DNA of 40,965 bases from Gemmatimonadota bacterium (GTDB taxonomy: Bacteria; Gemmatimonadota; Gemmatimonadetes; Gemmatimonadales; GWC2-71-9), in contig QHUC01000113.1 in the NCBI GenBank assembly GCA_003221045.1, positions 1-40,965 on the forward strand, written 5' to 3'. The translations under genes and the position numbers were made by a program. Positions within the stretch are counted from its first letter, which is position 1; each line of letters opens with the position of its first letter. The notes beneath the pieces were generated by a model that saw only the letters and a list, made by a program, of their open reading frames with translations, was not told where the DNA came from and made no database searches. Positions 1 through 7,949 of this stretch are shown in pieces.

Positions 1-764
1 AAGCCCGAGCTGGTGCACATCGCTTTGGTCACGAGGGCATTCACGACGGGGGTCATGAGCGCGATGACCACGCCATTTGTGTCGAGGTCGGTCACCGCCC
101 CGAACGCCGTCGAATCGAGGGGATAGAGACGTGTGTCGAACACCTGTTTGAGCGTATCGATGTCGGCCGAGTCGAGGCCGTTCGCGGGTGCCAGGGTGTC
201 GACATAGATGGCGACGTGGGCGCCCACCGCCCGCGCGCGCGCGCCGACGGTCTTGAACTGGCTGCAATTACTGAGCGTGGCGCATACGGTGAACGTCCGC
301 AGGCTTCCCAGGCTGGGCGGGCTGGCCAGCGGCGTCACCGCCGCGGCTCGCCCGGTCGTGGCCGCACCGAACGCGCGGGTGCGACCCAGGGCCCGCAGCA
401 TCCCGTCAAACCGGATCGCGGCGGCGCGCGGTGACGGCCCCTCCACGATCCGTTGGGCCAGCGGCATCGCAGCCGCCGTCACGGTCGCGGCCCGAAGCTG
501 AAAGGAGGAAGACCTACCGAAGGTACCCACCGCGGATTGCGGCACCAGCAGATACTCGGCCGAGTCCGCGGACCCATTCGCGGCGAGCGTGACGCATCCC
601 CCATCGGACGCAGGGTCGATCGACGCGTACGCGCCGATCGCCAGGGTGATCTGCGTCGCCTGGCCAGCGCGGCACGCCACACTCGGTGCGGCAGTTTCGC
701 TGCTGCACGCTGCCATTCCCATCAGCAACCACACCAGAAGGGAACCTTCTGCCGCTCGTCGCAT
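1..764 (-). CDS. Putative secreted lipoprotein; C-terminus lies beyond the left edge of the window (function unknown, possibly peptidase-like)
   Basis: My own minus-strand translation. ATG at 764..762 is preceded by GGAGGAG. N-terminus is MRRAAEGSLLVWLLMGMAACSSE (signal peptide plus lipobox-like MAAC). The frame stays open to position 1, which is why it is absent from the ORF track. It starts 17 nt downstream of the TonB-dependent receptor stop. Confidence 0.55.
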   Translation of the reverse strand, partial: MRRAAEGSLLVWLLMGMAACSSETAAPSVACRAGQATQITLAIGAYASIDPASDGGCVTLAANGSADSAEYLLVPQSAVGTFGRSSSFQLRAATVTAAAMPLAQRIVEGPSPRAAAIRFDGMLRALGRTRAFGAATTGRAAAVTPLASPPSLGSLRTFTVCATLSNCSQFKTVGARARAVGAHVAIYVDTLAPANGLDSADIDTLKQVFDTRLYPLDSTAFGAVTDLDTNGVVIALMTPVVNALVTKAMCTSSG

Positions 765-781
765 GTCCGCTTTCTCCTCCC

Positions 782-3127
782 TCAGGCTCCGAGGTTCACC
801 CGCAGCTGCACGCTGCGCGGTCGGCCCACGGACGCGCCGCTGAAGAACGCGCCCTTGAGCAGGTACTGCTTGTCGAAGACGTTCTCGACGTAGATCTGGG
901 GTCGAACGACCACGCCACCGAACGCGAAGGCGTACCTGGCGCTGCCGTTCAGGATAAAGCTCGGCGCCACCTTGATCGACTTGTTGAAGTCGAACAACCC
1001 CGTCCCGTAGGTCGAGTCGGGATCGGCGCCGTTCGTCAGGCCGCTCCCGTAGATGCCGGTCGCAGAGAGGTAGAAGCCGCGGGCCGAGTACACGACGCTC
1101 GCGGCGCCCGACAGCCGCTGGTCGTGATCGAGATCGAAGGTCCCCGAAGGTGGCTGGGCGGGAAAGAACCCGCCCGTGATCGCCCCGTATCCGTACGCGT
1201 GGTTCAGCGCAACGTTCATGTACCCCGACACAGGACCCTTGGGACGGATCTCGGCGACCGCCTCGATCCCGGTGATCCGCACCTGTTCGATGTTCACGGA
1301 TGTAACGATCGCCGATCCCGGCACGGTGTTGTCGTCGATGCCCGGGGAGCTCACCTTGTGGTAGGCCGAGAGCTTGGTGACGACTCCGAACGGGAAGCGA
1401 TGTACGAACCCCACCTCGTAGAAGTCGTCGCGCTCGGGAAGGGTCGGGGCCGCCGCAACCCCGCCCTGCGCATCGCTCGTGATGGCTCGCAGGTCCTCCA
1501 CGTTGGTCGGGAGAAAGAGCCGGCCGTAGTAGACCCAGAACGTGTTCGCCGGATCCGGGAAGAAGCTGAGTTTCACCCGTGGGCTTACCTGATTCTGGTT
1601 TCCCGCAAACGGGGCGTTGTGGTTGTCGAATCGCACGCCGGTGCGGAGCTCCCACTTGTCCGAGGGCGCGATCGCCGTGTGGGCGTAGACTCCCACGTCG
1701 CTCCCCTTCAGGTCGGAGTTCGAGGCGGGCCCGGGGCTCCCCCCGTTGGTGACCGTGGAGAAATCTTCGTGCCCGCCGGTGTACGACGCGAGCACGCCGG
1801 TCTTGAACTCGAGCCCGTGGTGGGGCTGGAGCGTGTAGTCAAGCTTCAGGCCGGCCGTATGGAAGTTCCGGTCTTCGCTCAGGATGTAGTGCGCCGTATC
1901 GGGGGAGAACACGAACGTCGCCGAGTCGGAGAGACCCGGCGTATAGTTCAGGCTGCCGTCGCGGAAGAATGCTCCGAGGAACAACTCGGACGACCGGCTT
2001 TCGGATCCGGTCTCCGAGTCGAAGCGGTGGCGCCAGCCGAGGTTGACGAATCCGTTCACGTCCTGCTGGTGGTCGTCGATGATCCCTTCGACCGAGTCGA
2101 ACGGGACGGCGAAATGCGTGCGCGAGCGATTCACATCGAGGTTCACCACGTCACGGTCGGACGGGATGTACTGCACCTTGGCGAACCCGAAGAGATCTGT
2201 ACCGTCGTTGTGAAAGTTCTCGACCGTCTGGGTCACGGTGTCGAATACCACTGGCTCCCGCCGCATGTCCGTCCCTTGCCGCGCTCCAGAAAAGAAGAAC
2301 CCGAACTTGCCGGCGTTCGTGCTCACGTTCAGCGCCTGCCCATTCGACGAAAACGAGCCGCCGTAGCCGGACGCGTCGAGGTGCAATCCACCCGACGGGA
2401 TGCGCGTAGTGACGTTGACGATGGCGGCGTTCTTGTTGCCGTACTCCGCGTCCCAGCCGCCCGTTTGGAAGTCGATCTGATTCACGACCTGCGGGTCGAA
2501 CAACTCGTTCAGGCTTCCGGAAATCCCCGCGGGGACCGGCACACCGTCTACGTAGTAGGTGTACTCGGCGTGCTGGCCGCGGATATGGACTTCTCCTGTC
2601 GGCGCCCGCGCCGCGCCCACGATCGATTGCTGCAGGATCTGGGACGTGGTGTTGGTGGGCGCTCCGTGATAGTCGTTCTGCTTGAAGACCTGGTCGCCCG
2701 TGCGCGTGTCCACGGCGAGCGGCACGGTCGACGTGACCTCGACCGCAGACAGGTTGATCGGCAGAGGGACGAGGCGAAAGTTCGTCAGGCTGAGACCCTC
2801 GTCGGCTGCGACGGAAACGTCGCGCGTTTCGGCGCGGTACCCCAGGTACCGAACCTCCACGCTGTACGCTCCGGCGGGCAGATTGTGGATCACAAAGCGG
2901 CCGAACGCGTCGGTGGTCGCGGTGGCGATCGTGTTGCCGTCGCGTACGATCCGCACCTGGCCGCCGGGCAACGGCGTGCCGGTCGCGCTGTCAGCCACCG
3001 AACCGCCCACGTCGCCATCGTCTCGCAAACCAGCGCCGACTGTGGTGGCTGAGACCGGGCGCGCGGCGAGGCCGCTGCCCGCGAGCCATACGACGACCGC
3101 TGCGTGATAGAATCTCTTCGAGCTCAT
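782..3127 (-). CDS. TonB-dependent outer-membrane receptor with N-terminal carboxypeptidase-regulatory-like domain
   Basis: 781-aa ORF. Signal peptide is MSSKRFYHAAVVVWLAGSGLAARPVSA. A CarboxypepD_reg-like stretch (GSVADSATGTPLPGGQVRIV...GRFVIHNLPAGAYSVEVRYLGY) is followed by plug-like and long beta-barrel sequence (YGRLFLPTNVEDL, ENVFDKQYLL). ATG at 3127. Confidence 0.9.
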   Translation of the reverse strand: MSSKRFYHAAVVVWLAGSGLAARPVSATTVGAGLRDDGDVGGSVADSATGTPLPGGQVRIVRDGNTIATATTDAFGRFVIHNLPAGAYSVEVRYLGYRAETRDVSVAADEGLSLTNFRLVPLPINLSAVEVTSTVPLAVDTRTGDQVFKQNDYHGAPTNTTSQILQQSIVGAARAPTGEVHIRGQHAEYTYYVDGVPVPAGISGSLNELFDPQVVNQIDFQTGGWDAEYGNKNAAIVNVTTRIPSGGLHLDASGYGGSFSSNGQALNVSTNAGKFGFFFSGARQGTDMRREPVVFDTVTQTVENFHNDGTDLFGFAKVQYIPSDRDVVNLDVNRSRTHFAVPFDSVEGIIDDHQQDVNGFVNLGWRHRFDSETGSESRSSELFLGAFFRDGSLNYTPGLSDSATFVFSPDTAHYILSEDRNFHTAGLKLDYTLQPHHGLEFKTGVLASYTGGHEDFSTVTNGGSPGPASNSDLKGSDVGVYAHTAIAPSDKWELRTGVRFDNHNAPFAGNQNQVSPRVKLSFFPDPANTFWVYYGRLFLPTNVEDLRAITSDAQGGVAAAPTLPERDDFYEVGFVHRFPFGVVTKLSAYHKVSSPGIDDNTVPGSAIVTSVNIEQVRITGIEAVAEIRPKGPVSGYMNVALNHAYGYGAITGGFFPAQPPSGTFDLDHDQRLSGAASVVYSARGFYLSATGIYGSGLTNGADPDSTYGTGLFDFNKSIKVAPSFILNGSARYAFAFGGVVVRPQIYVENVFDKQYLLKGAFFSGASVGRPRSVQLRVNLGA

Positions 3128-3212
3128 GCGCTCTCCCTGGACGTGCGTGAGTAGCAGTGACTCGGCGCGTCCCCGAGATGTCGGACGACGAGGCGAGTCG
3201 GTTCACGTGCGG

Positions 3213-3238
3213 GCGACGCGCGCGGTGCGCGGCGTCGC
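3213..3238 (-). other. GC-rich stem-loop abutting the stop codon of small protein A (no U-tract)
   Basis: Plus strand reads gcgacgcgcgcggtgcgcggcgtcgc. The arms GCGACGC(C)GCGC and GCGCGCGTCGC pair (about 11 bp, one bulge, 3-nt loop). No T/U run follows on the minus strand. Confidence 0.45.
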
Positions 3239-3591
3239 TAGGAGAGCGCGGGAGGTGCGCGGGGCTGCGGGTGAGGTCGGGATAGCCGGTAGGGCAGTCC
3301 TGCGAGAGCTATACGGCCCGGCAGCCGGTGGTCCGCGCCCGCCACGGGAAGCGTGACCGCCCGACCCACGGCGACGGGTGCGGTGAGGAAGTGGCAGAGG
3401 GCGCAGTCGGGAGCGTGAATGCGCACACAGCTGTTGGTCGTGTGGGACTCGATGTGCGCCACCGCGTGGGATTCCGCGGTGTCGAGACGGGCGTCCGCCC
3501 AGGCCGCGGCCCCCGGCAGCGTGAGCTGCAGGAGGGCCGTCGCGAGCCAGAGCGCCCGCAGCGCTGGGGGACGCTGGCCCATGCTCCTCAT
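3238..3591 (-). CDS. Small exported His/Cys-motif protein, paralog A (117 aa; putative periplasmic metal-binding protein)
   Basis: This is the internal ATG (M49) of track ORF 3238..3735. The ATG at 3591..3589 overlaps the TGA of the upstream permease gene (ATGA). Signal peptide is MRSMGQRPPALRALWLATALLQLTLPGAAAWA. The motif AHIESHTTNSCVRIHAPDCALCHF is shared with the ORF at 6807..7160. Confidence 0.6.
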   Translation of the reverse strand: MRSMGQRPPALRALWLATALLQLTLPGAAAWADARLDTAESHAVAHIESHTTNSCVRIHAPDCALCHFLTAPVAVGRAVTLPVAGADHRLPGRIALAGLPYRLSRPHPQPRAPPALS

Positions 3592-4421
3592 GCCGGCGCG
3601 CGCATCAGCTTTCGCAGGGCGACGGCGCCGACTAAGACGATTCCGTACATGCATACGATCAGCGGGCCGGTCGGAAGGTCCCCGGCGAGTGAGAGCCAGA
3701 GGCCAAGCACGGAGGCGAGCGCTCCCGAGCCCCACGAGATGTACGCCAGTCGCTTCATGTCACGCGTGAACATGAAGGCAATGACGGCCGGCACGACCAG
3801 GAAGCTGAATACCATGAGGACGCCCGCGACCGGCACGGCCAACGTGATCACGACGCCGAACGACAGATAGAACAGGAAGTCCCACCACTTGATCTTCCAA
3901 CCCAGGCGCTCGGCTTCCTCTGGATGAAAGGAGATGGTGAGGAAGCGATGGCGAAAGAAATAGTGGAACAACCCGAGCGCCACATAGGCCGCCGCGAGCT
4001 TCACGATGGTGGGCTTGAACGTGACCCACAAGATGCTTCCGGTGAGGGTTTTCTCGATCGCCTCCCCGCCGCCCGGCACCTTGTTGGCGACCAGCACGGC
4101 GCCCGCCGACGCGACCACGTAGACGATGCCGATGAAGGCTTCCTGGGGCACGCGCCGCCCCTCCTTGGGGGAGGTGCGCGTGAGCGCGAATAACAGGGCG
4201 CCGACCGCCGTGGCGAAGAGCGCGAAGATATACGCCCAGGTCGAGTCGGCCTCCACGTGAATCAGCAGCGCCGACAGGCCACCCAGCGCGGCCATCTGCG
4301 CCAGCGAGAGATCGACGAAGATCACCTCGCGGGCAATCACGTGCAGGCCGAGGTAGGACAGCATGGCCACGAGCACCATGCAGGCCACGAACGGTGGGAT
4401 CATCAACTGGAGACCGCTCAT
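3588..4421 (-). CDS. Metal (Zn/Mn-type) ABC transporter permease, ABC-3/ZnuB family
   Basis: 277-aa polytopic membrane protein. It is typical of ABC-3 family permeases (LSLAQMAALG, multiple TM helices). RBS AAGGAAAAGGTGAA lies before the ATG at 4421. Confidence 0.88.
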   Translation of the reverse strand: MSGLQLMIPPFVACMVLVAMLSYLGLHVIAREVIFVDLSLAQMAALGGLSALLIHVEADSTWAYIFALFATAVGALLFALTRTSPKEGRRVPQEAFIGIVYVVASAGAVLVANKVPGGGEAIEKTLTGSILWVTFKPTIVKLAAAYVALGLFHYFFRHRFLTISFHPEEAERLGWKIKWWDFLFYLSFGVVITLAVPVAGVLMVFSFLVVPAVIAFMFTRDMKRLAYISWGSGALASVLGLWLSLAGDLPTGPLIVCMYGIVLVGAVALRKLMRAPA

Positions 4422-4434
4422 TTCACCTTTTCCT

Positions 4435-5445
4435 TTAGTTGGCAGCGGTGCCGGCTGCCCGGAACGCCCGGTCGAGCTCTGTAATCCAGAGGTTCATGAG
4501 ATCGAAGTAGGTGTTGACGCCGGGTGCGCCGCCCGTGTTCGAAGGCACGATCACGGCCTTCGCAGCGGTCTTCTGCGCGACCTCGAGGACCTGATTGTGG
4601 TCGTAGTAGTTCGTCGACAGCAGCACCTGGATGTGCTGCTCGCGCATTTCGTTGATCACCTCAAGCACGTGTCCGGGAGTCGGAGGAATGCCGGGCTTGG
4701 GCTCGATATAGTCCACGCACGGTAGCCCGTACTCCCGCGAGAAGTAGTCCCATTCCTTGTGGTAGCACGCCACCGCCTTGCCGCGGAACGGCATCGCTTC
4801 CTTGAGCCAGCCGCCCAACCGGTCTATCAGGGGCGCGCCCTGGTACTGCTTGCTTTTCAAGAAATCGAACAGCTTGCCCTGGCGGTCCAGGTCGGCGAGC
4901 GTGGCCCCACCCAGGAGCTTCACGAGGCCGGCCCCGAACAGCGCCTGGTACATGCGGTCCTCGAAATCCTTTTCGCGCTCCGTGAAGTAGTCGCCGTTCT
5001 CAGGAGCAACGCGCTTCAGGCCCGTAAGAATGTTCCGGGCGATCTGCACCGCATTGAGCGGATCGGTCCAGATGTGCGGATTGCCGTACACGTGGATGTC
5101 ACCCTGGGCGCGCGAGAAGCTGGTCGGGACGTCGAGCAAATCGATGCCCGCATACGCGGCCACGTAACCGGGGCCGCCCTCGGTCACCTTCGGGTTGTTC
5201 GCTTTGTCGAGCAGGGCGGGGACCCATAGCTCGAGGTCGAGGCCCGTCGTGACGAAGACGTCCGCCTCGGACAGCATCGGGATGAAGCTCGGCTTGGGTT
5301 GCACGTAGTGCGGATTCTCGTCGCCGGTCGCGATCGAGGCATAGCTCGTGAGTGAGGTGACGACCTTCACCTTGTCCACCGCCCGGGTGGGGCGGACCGG
5401 TGCGGGCGTGTGAAGCGCGACGAGCAAAGCGATGGCTGGCAGCAT
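4435..5445 (-). CDS. Metal ABC transporter periplasmic substrate-binding protein (ZnuA/TroA family)
   Basis: 336 aa. N-terminal signal, then KVKVVTSLTSYASIATGDENPHYVQPKPS and later IHVYGNPHIWTDP, which are the characteristic His-containing motifs of ZnuA/TroA-type binding proteins. It starts 1 nt after the stop of the upstream porin-like gene. Confidence 0.85.
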   Translation of the reverse strand: MLPAIALLVALHTPAPVRPTRAVDKVKVVTSLTSYASIATGDENPHYVQPKPSFIPMLSEADVFVTTGLDLELWVPALLDKANNPKVTEGGPGYVAAYAGIDLLDVPTSFSRAQGDIHVYGNPHIWTDPLNAVQIARNILTGLKRVAPENGDYFTEREKDFEDRMYQALFGAGLVKLLGGATLADLDRQGKLFDFLKSKQYQGAPLIDRLGGWLKEAMPFRGKAVACYHKEWDYFSREYGLPCVDYIEPKPGIPPTPGHVLEVINEMREQHIQVLLSTNYYDHNQVLEVAQKTAAKAVIVPSNTGGAPGVNTYFDLMNLWITELDRAFRAAGTAAN

Positions 5446-5446
5446 G

Positions 5447-6709
5447 TCAATAGGTCTCGTGTTTGTGTGGTCCGATGGCCCAGACGGCCTGGAGGGCGAA
5501 GTCGCCGGTCGACGAGCGACCAGTGATCTTCGCCCACGTGTATTGCGCTCGAAGCTCGACCCACTCGCTTTCCCACAGGGTCAGCGACGGAATCACCTGC
5601 CGAATGATCAAAGCGGAATCGGGCCGCTCCACGTAGTCGTAGCGCAGGCCGGCGATCCAGCGTTGCCCGAGCTTGTAGGTGGTGCCGACGTAGTACCCGA
5701 GGTGAGTCCCGCCGGCCCCCGCGAATTCCTTTCGGAGCGCATACAGCTCACCTCGCAGCGTCCATTCGCGGTACAGCGCTTGCGCGGGCGGTCGCCAGGT
5801 GAGTCTGAAGTCGACACCTCCCACCTTGGTCCGGAGGCTCGAGTCGGGGTTCGTCCCGTACAGCGCCGTACCTCCGAGCTGCATGTACGTCGAGCGCGTC
5901 AGCTGCCAGAAGTTGAGCAGGTGCACCAGGTACGTCGGCCGCCCGCTGCTCCCGAACAACTCGGCGTCGCTTTCGCTACGGGTCACCTGCGCCGTCAACT
6001 CGTGCGTGCCGAGGCCGCCGAACGCGCGGTACAGCGAGATGCCCGTGCCGGCGAGCCCGTCGTCCCCCAGGTAGGTGCGCAAGGCGAGTGGGTACTCAGT
6101 TTCGGGGAGCGCGTGCAGATGCCAGCGATTCAGCTCACCGAACTGCTGGCGAAACTTCCCGATGTCGAACCGGATGTGCCCGGGCAGCCCGGTCCAGTAC
6201 GCATAACCTTCCTCGATGCTCACGTTTCCGTTCTCGAGGCTGACGAAGATCTTCGTACTGGAGTACGGATCGAGTGGTGATTGAAAGCCAACCTCGAACT
6301 CGCGAGGGTCGAAGTTGTCGTGTTGGACACCCGGGATGTGGGCGCCCGCCCGTACGTCACCCGTGGCGCTGATCTCGGGGTTGAGCTGAGGCTGGCTGCG
6401 CTCACGGCCGACGAACTTTGTGCGGCTGCTGGTATCGGCCTTCACACGCGTCGTGTCCGTGCCCGCGGCCGCGGCCGCCGCGGCGCGGAGCGCGGCGAGC
6501 GATGTGTCGGCCGCCGCCTCGGCGACGGGCGCGGGACGGCGAGCGATCTGCGCGCGCAGACTGTCGAGCCGCGCCTTCAGCGCGCGAACCTCCGCGGCGA
6601 GGGAATCTACCCTTCGCTGCTCCGCCGGCTGCTGCGCGAACGCACGGGCGGGCAGCACGAGCACGGCCGCGAAGGCAGCCGCGACGGCATACTGACGATG
6701 TCGATTCAT
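5447..6709 (-). CDS. Putative outer-membrane beta-barrel porin with N-terminal coiled coil
   Basis: Start taken at the internal ATG 6709 (MNRHRQYAVAAAFAAVLVLPARAFAQQ is a signal peptide). The upstream 89 codons of the track ORF are Arg/Pro-rich and overlap the gene at 6807..7160. A heptad-like segment LAAEVRALKARLDSLRAQIA is followed by alternating beta-strand-like sequence ending in an aromatic residue (..HKHETY). Confidence 0.6.
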   Translation of the reverse strand: MNRHRQYAVAAAFAAVLVLPARAFAQQPAEQRRVDSLAAEVRALKARLDSLRAQIARRPAPVAEAAADTSLAALRAAAAAAAGTDTTRVKADTSSRTKFVGRERSQPQLNPEISATGDVRAGAHIPGVQHDNFDPREFEVGFQSPLDPYSSTKIFVSLENGNVSIEEGYAYWTGLPGHIRFDIGKFRQQFGELNRWHLHALPETEYPLALRTYLGDDGLAGTGISLYRAFGGLGTHELTAQVTRSESDAELFGSSGRPTYLVHLLNFWQLTRSTYMQLGGTALYGTNPDSSLRTKVGGVDFRLTWRPPAQALYREWTLRGELYALRKEFAGAGGTHLGYYVGTTYKLGQRWIAGLRYDYVERPDSALIIRQVIPSLTLWESEWVELRAQYTWAKITGRSSTGDFALQAVWAIGPHKHETY

Positions 6710-6781
6710 CCTCGAGTGATCTCCCGTTCCCTTGTTGCGAGCGTGCGCCGCCGCAACTCGGAGGCGCGCGATTCCATCTCG

Positions 6782-6801
6782 GCGGCCGGCATGCCGGCCG
6801 C
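6782..6801. other. Perfect 20-bp palindrome (stem-loop) 5 nt downstream of the stop of small protein B
   Basis: gcggccggcatgccggccgc equals its own reverse complement (8-bp GC stem, CATG loop). No U-tract follows on the minus strand. Confidence 0.55.
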
Positions 6802-6806
6802 GTGAG

Positions 6807-7160
6807 CTAGAGAAGGGGCGGGGGTGGGGCTCGAGGGGGGGCGCAGCGGGCGTCGGGGCGGCGCGCCGGAATGGCATCGGGGTCCGCGCTCCGCCCTTCG
6901 ACGGAGGCCTGGCGCAGCGGTCCCATCTGCGTCGGGCGCGGCGCCGCCTGGGCGCCGGCCCACTGACACAGCGCACAGCGGAGCTCGTCGTGCAATGCCA
7001 GGCACGCCGACCCGTGCTGCGCTTCGATGTGCGACGGGGCGGTCACCCGCTCGGACGCGTGCGCCAGCGACACCGCCCCGCCCGCGAGCCCCTGGAGCAC
7101 CAGGAGCAGCATGGCGAGGTACCGGGTCCAACGGTTGCGCGTCGTCGTGAGTGCGATCAC
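6807..7160 (-). CDS. Small exported His/Cys-motif protein, paralog B (117 aa)
   Basis: The GTG at 7160..7158 overlaps the TGA of nfo (GTGA). Signal peptide is MIALTTTRNRWTRYLAMLLLVLQGLAGGAVSLAHA. The motif SHIEAQHGSACLALHDELRCALCQW is shared with 3238..3591. Both proteins are 117 codons and both end in a Pro-rich tail containing PRAPP. Confidence 0.6.
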   Translation of the reverse strand: MIALTTTRNRWTRYLAMLLLVLQGLAGGAVSLAHASERVTAPSHIEAQHGSACLALHDELRCALCQWAGAQAAPRPTQMGPLRQASVEGRSADPDAIPARRPDARCAPPRAPPPPLL

Positions 7161-7915
7161 GCCCTGCCTACGGTTTGGGCCGGACGACCGTTGTGCCGGC
7201 CGCGCGGCCTGGTGCCCCGCGCGTACGCGCGCAGTCGTCTGAGCATCCGCCGGTCGTGGCGGATCGGATCGTCGCCCTTCGGCGTCTCGATAATCTTAAT
7301 CACCGGCGTGAATCTCGGGTCACGCATGATGTCCCGGAACGGTCCGGGGCCGAGCGTGCCCTCGCCGATCCATTGGTGACGGTCCAGCCGGGACCCGGGG
7401 GCGCCCTTCGAGTCGTTGAGATGCAAGCACTTGAGGAGTGCGAGCCCCACCTCCTGGTCGAAGCGCTCCCACACCGCCTCCAGTCCGGCGACTACATCGT
7501 ACCCCACGGCGTGGAGATGAGCCGTGTCGAGGCAGAACGCCACCCGCTCCCGAAGGGGGGCAGGGAGGGCATCGCGTAGCGCCGCCAGCTCCTCGAAGGT
7601 GCTTCCCAACGCCGTTCCAGCACCCGCCGTGCCCTCGATGAGGAGTCCCACATTGCCGGGCACGGCGGCCAGACACTCCGCGTACCCGCGGGCGTTCCAC
7701 GCGAGCCCGGCGGCCCGGTCGTCGATGTAATTGCCGGGATGCGTCACGACCCAGGGGATCCCCAGTGCCCGGCAGCGCTCCAGCTCGCGGGTGAACGCTC
7801 GCGTACTCTTGTCGCGGAGCTCGGCGTCGGGAGACGCCAGGTTGTTCAGGTAGCTCTCATGTGACACCACGGCGCGGATACCGCTCGCCGCCAGCGCCGC
7901 TCGAAAGGCCGTCAC
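7157..7915 (-). CDS. nfo: Endonuclease IV (AP endonuclease family 2), apparently lacking about 45-50 N-terminal residues
   Basis: Motifs VSHESYLNNLASP, VTHPGN, LIEGTAG, CLDTAHLH, LHLNDSK...GSRLDRHQWIGEG and IIETP match the Nfo metal-ligand motifs. The only start is GTG 7915, which aligns near residue 50 of E. coli Nfo (sequence recalled from memory). Confidence 0.8.
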   Translation of the reverse strand: MTAFRAALAASGIRAVVSHESYLNNLASPDAELRDKSTRAFTRELERCRALGIPWVVTHPGNYIDDRAAGLAWNARGYAECLAAVPGNVGLLIEGTAGAGTALGSTFEELAALRDALPAPLRERVAFCLDTAHLHAVGYDVVAGLEAVWERFDQEVGLALLKCLHLNDSKGAPGSRLDRHQWIGEGTLGPGPFRDIMRDPRFTPVIKIIETPKGDDPIRHDRRMLRRLRAYARGTRPRGRHNGRPAQTVGRA

Positions 7916-7949
7916 CTCGTCGTCGCCGACGATCGGCTCGCCTCGCCCG

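Noticed and set aside
686-3052. Very long ORFs antisense to recognised genes. Examples: 686..3052 (+), 8655..10154 (-), 15579..17825 (+), 21183..23207 (+), 28971..30626 (-), 31932..33338 (-), 38737..39711 (-), 40136..40942 (-).
   Set aside because: These are typical shadow ORFs of a very GC-rich genome. Their translations are Arg/Gly/Pro/Ala-rich and low in complexity, with no recognisable motifs. The opposite strand encodes clear conserved proteins (TonB-dependent receptor, FtsE/PLP enzyme, LepA, Mfd, TypA and others).
3128-3237. Search for Zur/Fur-type AT-rich palindromic boxes upstream of the TonB-dependent receptor, the porin-like gene (6710..6806) and the operon.
   Set aside because: I recognised no AT-rich inverted repeat resembling known Zur or Fur boxes. 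Only GC hairpins and a weak long-range inverted repeat (CGACTCG / CGAGTC) are present. The regulator consensus for this lineage is unknown to me.
5447-6976. N-terminal extensions of track ORFs: 5447..6976, 3238..3735, 25916..27433, 24299..25909, 36749..38272, 33157..34701, 28129..29910, 11823..12824.
   Set aside because: In each case an internal start is followed at once by a signal peptide, lipobox or domain start. That start is often preceded by a Shine-Dalgarno sequence or a 4-nt stop/start overlap. The upstream extension is Arg/Pro-rich and overlaps a neighbouring gene.
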